A stretch of 64,000 nucleotides of DNA. Origin: Myxococcales bacterium (GTDB taxonomy: Bacteria > Myxococcota_A > UBA9042 > JABWCM01 > BTVJ01). Under the pieces are notes generated by a model that worked only from the letters and a program-made list of their open reading frames with translations, made no database searches and was not told the DNA's origin. A program made the position numbers and the translations under genes. Each line of letters begins with the position of its first letter. Positions within the stretch are counted from its first letter, which is position 1. This document shows, piece by piece, positions 37,455 to 46,887 of this stretch. Where the stretch lies: positions 1 to 64,000 of the forward strand of contig BTVJ01000044.1 in assembly GCA_045863395.1 (NCBI GenBank), written 5' to 3'.

Positions 37455-38810
37455 CTAAGGGCGCATCCTGCTCCCGCTCCGTCGCCGCTCCAGGACCGTC
37501 TCGAAGGCCACCAGAACATCGCGAACTTGGCCCGAACGCTGCGGCCCCAACTCGTGGAGGAAGGCCCGAAGCTCGGCCACGTCCACCTGCACGCCTTCGG
37601 CGTCCGCGACCTCCTCCAGGAACTGGACCATCTCGGCCTCGGGGATCGGCGTGACCTCGATGGTGGCGCACCGCCCCTTGAACTGCGTGTCGAACTTGTC
37701 CAGGTCTGTCGTGGAGAACACCACCGGCATCTTCAGGTTCTCGATCCACGCCAGCAGACGCTGTTGCTGGATCAGTAGCCGGTCGGCCTCGTTGACGATC
37801 ACGCCGTCCCACGGGAGAGCGAGGTCTTCAAGCACGTCTTCGGCGGCCTTCCTTGGGTCGCCTGTGGCGGCTGCGGACGCCTCCATGATGCCCCCCTCGA
37901 AGGCGTGGTGCGCGGTGCCCGCCGTGCGCTCGCAGGTGTCGCAGGTGTCGCACGCCTCGCTGCCGTCGGGGCGGTCGCCCCGGCAGAGCCAGGCCCGACA
38001 GTAGAGGCGGGCAAGGGTCGTCTTCCCAGTGCCCGACGGCCCATACAGCAGGACAGGCAACGGTGACCGGACACGGGCCAGCAGGCGTAGCTCCTCGACT
38101 GCGCGGTCCTGTCCCACGACTTCGTCGAACGACCTTGGCCGGTAGGCGTCCACCAGCGGTCCGTCCTGGTGGCGTTGCCGGCGCCGAGGTAGGGCCGCCA
38201 ACGGTGGGGCTGATCGTGCGCCTGTTGACTTGGCGAGGGCGACACCGAGTTCGAGCCCGCGACGTTCGGCCTCGGCGACCAGGTCGGTGACCACCTGCGC
38301 GACCCGCACCGCCAGCGCCTTGAGAGCGCGATCTGGGACATCGGCGAGGCGGACCTGGTCCAGGGCCTTTGCCGCCTTCAGGGCCTGCTTCTGGGCCTGC
38401 TGGCGTGCTCCTGGTCCCCGCCCGGGGCCTCGTCGGCGACGAACTTCACGTTCCACCTCGCGGGCACTCCAGCCTGCGGCGGCGGCCTGAATGGCGACCT
38501 CGTGCTGGTCGGCCTTGGACAAGGAGAGGAGCTTCTGGCGTTGGGAGAAGTCGAGAGAGTGGGCCTCCTCGGGGAAGTCGAGGCTCTGGACGTACACCCG
38601 CACGTAGTCCGCGATGGTCCGTCGGCCGATGCCGAGGGCTGCAATCCGAGGGTCCTCCATCAACGCCCGCAACGACGGCGAGTTCGGTGATTTGGACACG
38701 AACGCCGACGGGTTCCCGGAGAAGCAGACATCGAGCACGGCACGCCCGACCGCAAGCACATCGTCAAGCTCGGTGATGCGCCTCGGACGGGGCTCCAGAG
38801 CCGAGATCAC
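37455..38810 (-). CDS. ParB/KorB-like HTH region fused to DnaX/RFC-like clamp-loader AAA+ domain (start uncertain)
   Basis: YRPRSFDEVVGQ, LYGPSGTGKTT, C..CDTCDTC, IVNEAD, GRC; N-terminal WSAREVEREV. Confidence 0.72.
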   Translation of the reverse strand: MISALEPRPRRITELDDVLAVGRAVLDVCFSGNPSAFVSKSPNSPSLRALMEDPRIAALGIGRRTIADYVRVYVQSLDFPEEAHSLDFSQRQKLLSLSKADQHEVAIQAAAAGWSAREVEREVRRRRGPGRGPGARQQAQKQALKAAKALDQVRLADVPDRALKALAVRVAQVVTDLVAEAERRGLELGVALAKSTGARSAPPLAALPRRRQRHQDGPLVDAYRPRSFDEVVGQDRAVEELRLLARVRSPLPVLLYGPSGTGKTTLARLYCRAWLCRGDRPDGSEACDTCDTCERTAGTAHHAFEGGIMEASAAATGDPRKAAEDVLEDLALPWDGVIVNEADRLLIQQQRLLAWIENLKMPVVFSTTDLDKFDTQFKGRCATIEVTPIPEAEMVQFLEEVADAEGVQVDVAELRAFLHELGPQRSGQVRDVLVAFETVLERRRSGSRMRP

Positions 38811-38999
38811 GTTCTCCAGCCCGCCACCGGACCTACTGGGTGAACGTCCGCCCACAAGTCACTCCGAAGAGGGCGAACGTCCGCCCAGGTGTTGCGGCTC
38901 GCCTGGGCAAGTGTCCGCCCTGTTCGGAAGTGCGCCGCCAGTCCGGTTGAGGCGGGGACTGGTGCGAGACGAAGGTGCTGGGCTCCCGGCACGCATGGT

Positions 39000-40757
39000 T
39001 CAATCGAAGCGAAAGCCGAAGAGGCCGCCGTTCTCGGTCGCATCCGACAGCCGGACCGGAAGAGCGTAGTCCTCTAGCCGGAAGCCGTCCGGAACTTCCG
39101 TCGGGACCGCGTCCGTGTTCATCGTCACGATGTACTGGAAGCCGTACTCCTCCGCCAACTGCGCCCCCAGCGCCAGCGCCTTGCCAACCTGGCGTTCATC
39201 GACCCCATCGAAGAGGTGGCTGTCGTGGATCAGGAAGCCCGGGCTTCGCCCGCTCTTGATGCTGAGGAGGGTGAGCATCATGTCGAAGCAGAAGACCTGC
39301 ATGTTGCTTACGCCTCGGCTCTTCGCCCCTTGGATCTCGATGGAGAAGTCCGGGCCGTTCTCGGTCGGCGTGATCGTGAGGCTACCGGCGGCTTCGTCCT
39401 CGTAGAGGGCGGACGAGATCCTCTGGAACGTGATGATGGCATCGTCAACGACACCCACGCGCTCTGCGTAGTCCTCCCGAAGGCGCTCCTGTAGGCGAGC
39501 CCGTTCCATCTTCAGCTTAAGGGTCCCCGACTCCAGGGCCTCCGCCGTGTCGTACCTCTGACGCAGAAGTTCCACGTCCCCCTCCGCCCGCACCACCTCG
39601 CCTTGCAGCGCGGTGAAGTGTTCGAGGGCACCCGACGAAGACAGGATGGCCATGATCTCGGCCCGCCGGTCGTCCAACCGCCGTTGCTCGATTGCTCGCT
39701 CTGCCATCCGGTGCTGCGCCGCCAGCAGTTCGCCACGCAGATACGAGGCACGGTTCCGGATGACGGACTCGTGGAAGACCTTCACGTCCTCGAACCGCCG
39801 CTGAACAAGCTCGGGAAGGACGACACCCGCTTCGCGGTACAGCTTCTGGAGATCGGGTGGCGAGGGCGCGACCTCTTCGGAGCTTGCCTTCTCAAGCTCC
39901 GCCACGTATCGGCGGTCGAGAGTGTTCTCATCCGACAGGGCGGCGAGCTTCGCGGTTAGTTCAGACGCCTCCCGCTCAAGCTCGTGGTACTCGTCCACTA
40001 CCTTGAACGAGGACACCCGCTGCCGAAGGCGAGCAACGCGATCCTGGGCCAACACGAGTTGCGTCTTGAGGGCGGATGCCCTGTCGATCACCTGGCCGAA
40101 GGTGCCCTCTTTCAGGCTCTTCCGTAGCTCGCCAAGGTTCCGCTCGCGTTCGCGTACCCGCTGCAACTCCTGCGGGATCGTCCAGTCGAGCCCGAGAAGG
40201 TAGGAGATGTTGACCTGCTGGTCGGCCAGTTGCTGGTCCTTGTTTTGCTTCACCGGGGTGTGGAAGCCTCCGTCTCGCTCGCGGCGGGCGAAGTACGAGA
40301 ACAGAGACCGCACGGAGGGGGACCACTTCCCTTCCTGTTCCTCCGTGACGGTCAACCCGAACATCAGATGGCCGAGGACGGTCTTCCAGTCCGAGTTCTT
40401 GAGAGCCGGCCGCCCGCCGCGAGCCCGAGGTGTCACGGGCCAGGCCGCGAAGTCGCCCTCGACGAAGACGTTGCTGGGTTTCGCTCCCGTTCTTTCGACG
40501 GACGTGCCCGATCCAGCCAGATCGAAGTCCATCCCGAAGGTGTAGTCCTTCAGGGCGGCGGTGCGGAACAGCGAGTCGGTGCGTGCGCTCGAACCCAGCA
40601 GAAAGTGGACGACTTCGACCATGCTCGACTTGCCCGCCCGATTGCGCGTGTGGCGGGTGGTCGAATCCGGGCTCTTCTCAGCGAGGAGGACGTTGAGCCC
40701 CGCTGTGAAGGTCAACTCCTTGAAGGTTTCGAGGTCGCTGAAGATTCGATGGATCAT
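39000..40757 (-). CDS. lmuB: Lamassu/ABC-3C SMC-like ABC ATPase (DUF2326)
   Basis: RNRAGKS Walker A, coiled coil, SRG..VFCFD, FLIHDSHLFDGVDERQ, LFGFRF. Confidence 0.85.
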   Translation of the reverse strand: MIHRIFSDLETFKELTFTAGLNVLLAEKSPDSTTRHTRNRAGKSSMVEVVHFLLGSSARTDSLFRTAALKDYTFGMDFDLAGSGTSVERTGAKPSNVFVEGDFAAWPVTPRARGGRPALKNSDWKTVLGHLMFGLTVTEEQEGKWSPSVRSLFSYFARRERDGGFHTPVKQNKDQQLADQQVNISYLLGLDWTIPQELQRVRERERNLGELRKSLKEGTFGQVIDRASALKTQLVLAQDRVARLRQRVSSFKVVDEYHELEREASELTAKLAALSDENTLDRRYVAELEKASSEEVAPSPPDLQKLYREAGVVLPELVQRRFEDVKVFHESVIRNRASYLRGELLAAQHRMAERAIEQRRLDDRRAEIMAILSSSGALEHFTALQGEVVRAEGDVELLRQRYDTAEALESGTLKLKMERARLQERLREDYAERVGVVDDAIITFQRISSALYEDEAAGSLTITPTENGPDFSIEIQGAKSRGVSNMQVFCFDMMLTLLSIKSGRSPGFLIHDSHLFDGVDERQVGKALALGAQLAEEYGFQYIVTMNTDAVPTEVPDGFRLEDYALPVRLSDATENGGLFGFRFD

Positions 40758-41008
40758 CCTTCGACCTCCGATACGGGTTGTGCGCGGTGAAGTCGGCCCC
40801 CCACGAGTTCAACCAACCCAAGAAGGAAGAGCAGGTCCAGGGCCAACACGAACCAGTCGAAGCTCACCCCGGACGAACCGGCCTGCGCAGACCCGAAGTC
40901 CGCCCACAGCCGCGACACCGTCTTCGGTTCGTCAATGTGACCAAGCAGCTTGGCGCCTATCGCCAAGAGCGCCTGATCAGGCGCGATGCCCTTCGTCGGG
41001 AGGATCAT
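40754..41008 (-). CDS. lmuC: Lamassu/ABC-3C middle component
   Basis: MILPTK...TVSRLW...SFDWFVLALDLLF; overlaps both neighbouring genes. Confidence 0.8.
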   Translation of the reverse strand: MILPTKGIAPDQALLAIGAKLLGHIDEPKTVSRLWADFGSAQAGSSGVSFDWFVLALDLLFLLGLVELVGGRLHRAQPVSEVEG

Positions 41009-41907
41009 CCCTGTCCTCCACCATCACGGTCGCGCTCGAAGATGTCGCACTCCTCGAAGAAGTAGGAGAGGGCGGCTAGGACCCCGCTCTGGCGGGCCGG
41101 GCTCGCCACGCCGTCGCCACCAGCACAACGCTGCAAGTCCGCGAATACATCGTCCGGCGACAAGCCTCGACGGCTGGCCGCCTCGTACCGGACGCGAAGG
41201 CTCTCCGCGATCTCGTCCCGCCGGGTCGGCTGCACCTTGAAGTAGGTGCGAACCAAGTCGGCTCGGCTCATGCCGGCCTTGAGGAGGACTGCAACGTGGT
41301 CCGACAGCATATTGCGTTCGATCTTGTCCGACGGAGGAGGCCGGAGGTCGGGCTCGGCCGGCGGGTTCATCGTTGCAATGTGGTCCAGGATCGGAGCCAA
41401 CGTTTCCAGACCGAGGTCGAGCATGTCCCTTCTGCTGGGCGCCGCCCCAAGCAGCGACGCGAGGTCTGTCGCGTCCAGTTCAAAGGCGGCTCGCCGCAAC
41501 TCCTCGAAGCCCCAGTGGGTCACCCGAACATCGCCACCGTCCAGTTCGAGGAGCTTCGCCGTCACTTCCGGGCCGAGCCCTTGCCTGGAGTTGTGGACGA
41601 AGATCCAGGTATCGAAGTGCTCTCGCCAGTGCGGCAGTGCGCCCGAGTAGTCCTCCTGGATCTTGTCGATGGCCTCTTTCGCCGTGAGTTCGTTGGGCGC
41701 GTAGACCTGGAACAGCATCCGTCGCGACGGCAGGATGCCATCGTTCTTCCGGTCGCCGACACGGCCCCACGGACGGACGCGGATGAAGTCACCCGGATAC
41801 CGCTTCTCCATGATCGTGGCGAAGAAGTTCTGGAACTCGTCCCCCTTCTTGGTGAGGTACGAGTTCTCGAACTTCAGTTCGTAGAAGGCTCTGGTGATCT
41901 CGTCCAT
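41005..41907 (-). CDS. lmuA: Lamassu/ABC-3C effector (REase-like N-terminal domain plus CTD)
   Basis: GDRKNDG..FQVYAP nuclease-like core; C-terminal YFFEECDIFE. Confidence 0.8.
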   Translation of the reverse strand: MDEITRAFYELKFENSYLTKKGDEFQNFFATIMEKRYPGDFIRVRPWGRVGDRKNDGILPSRRMLFQVYAPNELTAKEAIDKIQEDYSGALPHWREHFDTWIFVHNSRQGLGPEVTAKLLELDGGDVRVTHWGFEELRRAAFELDATDLASLLGAAPSRRDMLDLGLETLAPILDHIATMNPPAEPDLRPPPSDKIERNMLSDHVAVLLKAGMSRADLVRTYFKVQPTRRDEIAESLRVRYEAASRRGLSPDDVFADLQRCAGGDGVASPARQSGVLAALSYFFEECDIFERDRDGGGQG

Positions 41908-41917
41908 CGTGTGCCCT

Positions 41918-43474
41918 CTACCTCGCCGCCACGGGCTCTCGGCGGCGGCTGCTCCGCTGGTCCGTGGCACGCGCTTGCTGGATGCGGTCCAGGTGCTTGG
42001 AGGCGGGCTCGTCGTTCGGGACCTGCGGGACGAGTTCGCCTCGAAACGCCTTGGCGAGGATGGACTGTTGAAGGGTGGCCAAGTCTGCGTATCGCTCCCG
42101 TAGCCGCTGCTCCACACCGAGCGCAACATCAAGCAACCGCATCACCCTCTTCGCGATGACCTCCTGCTCCGACTTCGGTGGCAGTGGGAATGGTGTGCGC
42201 TTGAAGCGGTCCAGGGTCAGGTGAGCGATGTTCGTCGTAATCGAGGCACGACGGCGGAACACCCCAAGGTGGACCCAACCTCGAAACACCGCCTGTGCGA
42301 ACTCGCTGCTTGGCCCTTCGTTGGGCAAGGGGCGGAATCGGTGCAACGTCTTCTGAAAGCACAGTCCGTCGATCCGGCCATCGTAGATGGCGCTCTGACC
42401 GACGCGGTCGAGGCTCTGGCCCTCGCTCACGAGGATGTCGCCCGTTTGAAGACGGTACTTCTTGAAGTGCTCCTCGTCGAAGTCCATCTCGGCAAGGTCG
42501 CCGAAGTCGATTCGGTCATCCTTGATGTTGGCTACGCGAAGGTACGGGCGGGAGTACCGACCTGTAAGGTACTGTGGTGCTCGCTGCCGTCCCAGAAGCA
42601 CGTCTCCGACGGCATCAACACTGGTCCAACGCCACGTCGGGGGCAAGTCTGGCAGCCCTTCGCGGAGGCCGTCGTCGTCCTCTGCTTCGCTGTAACGCCG
42701 GCCCGGATTGGCCTTCTCCCACCTGCGGCGGCGTTCCTCACGGATGCGCTCCAAGAGCTTCGAGGCGGACTCCACATGGGGGTTGGCCTCCCTCCACTCC
42801 CTCGTGAGGTCCCCTCGGAATGCCGCCGCAAGGACCGACCGCCGGAACTTCTCCAGCAGCGGCGGGATGGCGTCCAGCGCCTCCTCGGCGGCCTCGGAGC
42901 GGGCTTGCAGCGCCTCAATCTTGGCCACGATGCGCTTCTGCTGCTTGGGTGGGGGTAGACAAACGCGAAGGGCCTTCACCTCCGGGAAGTAGATCGTGCT
43001 GTGGGTCGTGCCCTTGGAGAACCGGAGCAACGACTCCTTCTCCGCGATGAAGAGGAACTTCAAGAAGTCCGGGACCACGGTCTCCGAGCAGACCCAGTTC
43101 ACGAAGTCTTGGCTGGTGGCCATGTCCCTTCCCATCACCACCACGTAGCCGACCGAGGCTGTCCTGCTGAGGCACACGGTTCCCGCCGGGAGGAGCCGCG
43201 CCGCAGAGTTCGCCAACCCCTCCTCGTTGGTGGTCTCGACCGTCTCGTAGATGGTCCTCCCGTGGTGCGGACGTGCATCCTTGATCCCGATCCACGGAAT
43301 TGACCCGCCCCACCACTCCGGGTGCTTCCTGCTCGGCGTGTGCCCGCTCTCCAGCCGTGCCACGTCGGTGAGGAGGCGCCAACTCCATCCGGGTGGGCAC
43401 GGCATGTTGGCGTCGCCGACCGCAATCGCGAACTGCCCGGGGATGACGTTCTCGGTCGCAGCCCTCCCGCTCAT
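41918..43474 (-). CDS. hsdS: Type I R-M specificity subunit
   Basis: Two TRDs; LPP..QKRIV and PLPPKSEQ; SILAKAFRGEL. Confidence 0.93.
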   Translation of the reverse strand: MSGRAATENVIPGQFAIAVGDANMPCPPGWSWRLLTDVARLESGHTPSRKHPEWWGGSIPWIGIKDARPHHGRTIYETVETTNEEGLANSAARLLPAGTVCLSRTASVGYVVVMGRDMATSQDFVNWVCSETVVPDFLKFLFIAEKESLLRFSKGTTHSTIYFPEVKALRVCLPPPKQQKRIVAKIEALQARSEAAEEALDAIPPLLEKFRRSVLAAAFRGDLTREWREANPHVESASKLLERIREERRRRWEKANPGRRYSEAEDDDGLREGLPDLPPTWRWTSVDAVGDVLLGRQRAPQYLTGRYSRPYLRVANIKDDRIDFGDLAEMDFDEEHFKKYRLQTGDILVSEGQSLDRVGQSAIYDGRIDGLCFQKTLHRFRPLPNEGPSSEFAQAVFRGWVHLGVFRRRASITTNIAHLTLDRFKRTPFPLPPKSEQEVIAKRVMRLLDVALGVEQRLRERYADLATLQQSILAKAFRGELVPQVPNDEPASKHLDRIQQARATDQRSSRRREPVAAR

Positions 43475-44970
43475 TGCGCCGCCTCGGCCGGTGCTGTGCC
43501 GTTGCTCCCGTTGGCGCCGGCCCCGTTTCCCGTGGAGGCGCTCCCGTTCGGGTCGAGCAACTCCATCAACGCCTGCATCTCCTCCGTCGCCGTCTGGAGG
43601 TGCATCAGGATCTGCGCCGCGATCTCGTCGGGCTCCGGCAAGTCCTCGGCGCGGTCCGTGTTCTCGTCCCGAAGCCAGGTGATGTCGAGGTTGTCGCCTC
43701 GGGCCTTGATCTGCTCCCGCGTGAACCGCCGGAACCGGCCTTCATCTCCCTCGTCCTTCCTCGGGGATGAACCCTTTGGGTCGTCCCCGTAGGCGTCCAC
43801 GAAGGGCTGGAGAAAGGCCCGGGTGAACGGCGTTCGCTTGCCGAAGCTCGGCGTGTTCGTCCGGAGGTCGTAGACCCAGACCGCCTTCGTGTTCCCCGTG
43901 TCCTTGTTCGCCGCCCCTTTGGTGAAGAACAGCACGTTCGTCTTCACCCCCTGGGCGTAGAAGATCCCCGTGGGCAACCGGAGGATGGTGTGCAGGTCGC
44001 ACTTGTCCATCAAGTCGCCCCGGATCTTCGCCCCCTGGCCGTCCTCGAACAGCACGTTGTCCGGGAGCACGACCGCTGCTCGACCACCCGGCCGCAGGTT
44101 CCGGTAGATGTGCTGGAGGAAGGCCAACTGCTTGTTCGACGTGGGGAAGGTGAAGTCGTCCCGGGTCGGTCCGCCGCCGCCCTTCTTGGTCCCGAACGGC
44201 GGGTTCGTGAGGATCACGTCCGACTTCGGGACGGTGGCGCCGGTGGGGGACAAGGTGTCGCCGAGGATGATCTCGCAGTCGATGTCGTGCAGCAGGGCGT
44301 TCATCAGCGCCAGCCGCCGCGTCTCCGGCACAAGCTCGATGGCGTAGTATGCCTCCCGCTTCTGGTAGACCTGCTTCGCCTCGGGAAGGTCGAAAAGCTC
44401 GTCCGTGCGGTCCTTGATGTACCTGTCGGCCCGGGTGATGAAGCCGAGGGTTCCAGCCGCTGGGTCCGAGATGATCTCGCCCGCCTGGGGCTTGATGATC
44501 TCCACCATCGCCTCGATGAGCGGGCGGGGCGTGAAGTATTGCCCGGCGCCGGACTTCGTCTCGTTGGCGTTCTTCTCCAGCAGGCCCTCGTAGAGGTCGC
44601 CGAGCCCCTCGGTGCGGGCGGAATACCAGTCGAGGGCGTCGATGCTGGTCACGAGCTTGGCGAGGTTCCTGGGGTGCCGGAGCGAGGTGTTCGCGTTGGC
44701 GTAGATCGCCTGCACCTTGCCGCCAGCCTCAGCACCGAGGTGGATCAGCATCTCCCGGTAGAAGGTCAATTGGTCGGTGCCGTCCTTCGCCACGAGGTCG
44801 GCCCACCGCCAGCCGGCCGGAATGGCGCCCTCGGTCCCGGTCTCCTCGGCCATCTTGAGGAACAGCAGGTACGTGAGTTCGGTGACGTACTGGTGGTACG
44901 TCACCCCGTCGTCCCGGAGCGTGTGGCACAGGTTCCAGAGCCGGGCCACGATGTCGTTGGTGGTCGTCAT
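43471..44970 (-). CDS. hsdM: Type I R-M methyltransferase
   Basis: GAGQYFTPR, DPAAGT, TNPPFG. Confidence 0.95.
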   Translation of the reverse strand: MTTTNDIVARLWNLCHTLRDDGVTYHQYVTELTYLLFLKMAEETGTEGAIPAGWRWADLVAKDGTDQLTFYREMLIHLGAEAGGKVQAIYANANTSLRHPRNLAKLVTSIDALDWYSARTEGLGDLYEGLLEKNANETKSGAGQYFTPRPLIEAMVEIIKPQAGEIISDPAAGTLGFITRADRYIKDRTDELFDLPEAKQVYQKREAYYAIELVPETRRLALMNALLHDIDCEIILGDTLSPTGATVPKSDVILTNPPFGTKKGGGGPTRDDFTFPTSNKQLAFLQHIYRNLRPGGRAAVVLPDNVLFEDGQGAKIRGDLMDKCDLHTILRLPTGIFYAQGVKTNVLFFTKGAANKDTGNTKAVWVYDLRTNTPSFGKRTPFTRAFLQPFVDAYGDDPKGSSPRKDEGDEGRFRRFTREQIKARGDNLDITWLRDENTDRAEDLPEPDEIAAQILMHLQTATEEMQALMELLDPNGSASTGNGAGANGSNGTAPAEAAQ

Positions 44971-46868
44971 GCGGGGAGCGTTCCGTTGATACGTTGGAAA
45001 AGGGCCTCGAAGCGGTCCAGCGTGTCCTTCGAGAGCTTGCCGAGCACGGACTTCGTCTTCCGGAGGAGAACCTCTGCGGGTCGGCCGTGATCGAAGCGGT
45101 CTACTCCCTCGGCGCGAGCCAGCCGGCGGACGATGGGGTCATTGCCCTTGAGGTCTGAGGCTTTGTACGTCTTGCCGAACGCCTCGTTGAAGAGGGCCAG
45201 GTACTCTCCGACCGCGAACAGGTCCTCGATGTCGGCCTCGACTTGGCTGATGATCTCGCCGATGCCGATGACGCGGCTCTGCTTGAGAACGCCTTGCTTC
45301 GTGAGCCCGTCGAGGCGCTGGTTGCCCTGCTTGGTCGAGTCCATCAACACCGTCGCATCGACGTGACTCCCGAGCAACGCGGCGAAGGTGGCGATCTGCC
45401 CGGCACCTCCGACCGGCACGATGGTGCAGCGGTCGTCGAGGCCCGTTCGGCCCTCCTGCTTCAGGTGGTCGCTCAGGACCTGCAAGTACGTGAAGTCGGA
45501 CGTGCCCTCTACGATGAGGTTGTACGGTCCGACGAACAGGTTTTGCGCCAGGTCGTAGCCGAGCGCCCCCTGCAACGGAAACAGGGTGTCCGCGTCGGTG
45601 GTCAACACATCGGCGCTCACCTTCGAGCCGGACTTCCTGCCTTTGTCCTCCACGAGGCGCACCCGCTCCATGTGCTTCGGCTGCACCATGAAGGGGCTAT
45701 GCGTGGTGTAGATGACCTGGCACGCGGGGGCCAACTTCTCCTCCATGTACCGGAGGAAGTCACGCTGCGCCCTCGCGTGCAGGCCGAGAGCAGGCTCGTC
45801 GAGCAACAGGATGACCGGCTCTCCGGACAGTCGGTAGCGGGAGAAGGCGCAGAGGAACGAGAAGAACCACTGGAAGCCGCTGGACCGTTCACCGAAGGGC
45901 AACGAGATCATGTGCTCGCTGTCGTAGAGGCGGACGTGCAGATGCCGAACGACGGCTTGGTTGTTCTGGACCTCCTGGTTGAAGTCGATCTCGACGCGGA
46001 TGTCGGTGTTCTGCGTCCAGTAGTCGAGGATCTCCAGTGTGAGGGCGTTCGCCGTATCGTTGAGTTCTCGGACCCGCCGCTCGTAGTCCGCCCCGGTCGC
46101 AAGCTGGACGTTTGCCGAACTCAAGTCGAGCAACGCTTTGGCGATCTGCTCGTCGTCGTTGAGTTGCTCGTACTTGTGGTTGGCGATTCGCTGGATGTCG
46201 ATCTCGCCTCGCAGCGTGTGATAGCGGCCCACGAACAAGAACTTCGGAAGGCGCTTCTGGACCCACGCCGACACCAGTGCCGCCAGGTCGAAGGCCGGTC
46301 CGCACGCCTGCTGGAGGGCCGTTCGGGCCTGGGTCGCCTGCTGCCGGTTGTCGGGTTCACCCGCAGCCGGCGCCTGCTGGGCTATCGAATGAAGGGTCTC
46401 GGCCAGCATCTTGGCCGTGCTGCATCGGGCCAAATGCGGACCGAGCCCGCCACAAGTCTGGCTGACGAATCGCTGCACCCAGGCGGCTTCGTCGAAGCCA
46501 CCATCGACGCTCAGTGTGTTCCCATACGTGCGGCTGACGGTGAGTGTCTTCATCCCCTTGGCGGCGTCTCCGAACTCCTCCTGGGCCTCGGCATACTCCT
46601 CGGGGTCAAGCTCGAAGACCGTCCGGATGGGCTGCTCGGCATCCAGCTTCTTTCGCTGAAGCTCATGCTGCTTCTTGAGCCACGCCGGGTAGTCCATCAG
46701 GCTCATCGGCTTCGGAACCGTTGGGTTCAGGGCATGAAGGGCTTGGAGGAAGGTCGTCTTCCCCGACTCGTTCTTGCCCACCAAGCAGGTGATGTCGTCC
46801 TGGATATCGACGTCCCCGCTGTCGAGGACGTTCCGGAACAGGACGACCTGCGCCTTCTTCAGCCTCAT
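44967..46868 (-). CDS. OLD-family ABC ATPase-TOPRIM nuclease
   Basis: VGKNESGKT, SSGF, LLDEP, TTHSP; TOPRIM motifs VEGTSD, VGG, IEDLF. Confidence 0.88.
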   Translation of the reverse strand: MRLKKAQVVLFRNVLDSGDVDIQDDITCLVGKNESGKTTFLQALHALNPTVPKPMSLMDYPAWLKKQHELQRKKLDAEQPIRTVFELDPEEYAEAQEEFGDAAKGMKTLTVSRTYGNTLSVDGGFDEAAWVQRFVSQTCGGLGPHLARCSTAKMLAETLHSIAQQAPAAGEPDNRQQATQARTALQQACGPAFDLAALVSAWVQKRLPKFLFVGRYHTLRGEIDIQRIANHKYEQLNDDEQIAKALLDLSSANVQLATGADYERRVRELNDTANALTLEILDYWTQNTDIRVEIDFNQEVQNNQAVVRHLHVRLYDSEHMISLPFGERSSGFQWFFSFLCAFSRYRLSGEPVILLLDEPALGLHARAQRDFLRYMEEKLAPACQVIYTTHSPFMVQPKHMERVRLVEDKGRKSGSKVSADVLTTDADTLFPLQGALGYDLAQNLFVGPYNLIVEGTSDFTYLQVLSDHLKQEGRTGLDDRCTIVPVGGAGQIATFAALLGSHVDATVLMDSTKQGNQRLDGLTKQGVLKQSRVIGIGEIISQVEADIEDLFAVGEYLALFNEAFGKTYKASDLKGNDPIVRRLARAEGVDRFDHGRPAEVLLRKTKSVLGKLSKDTLDRFEALFQRINGTLPA

Positions 46869-46887
46869 CCCTCACGCCCTCCGAACA

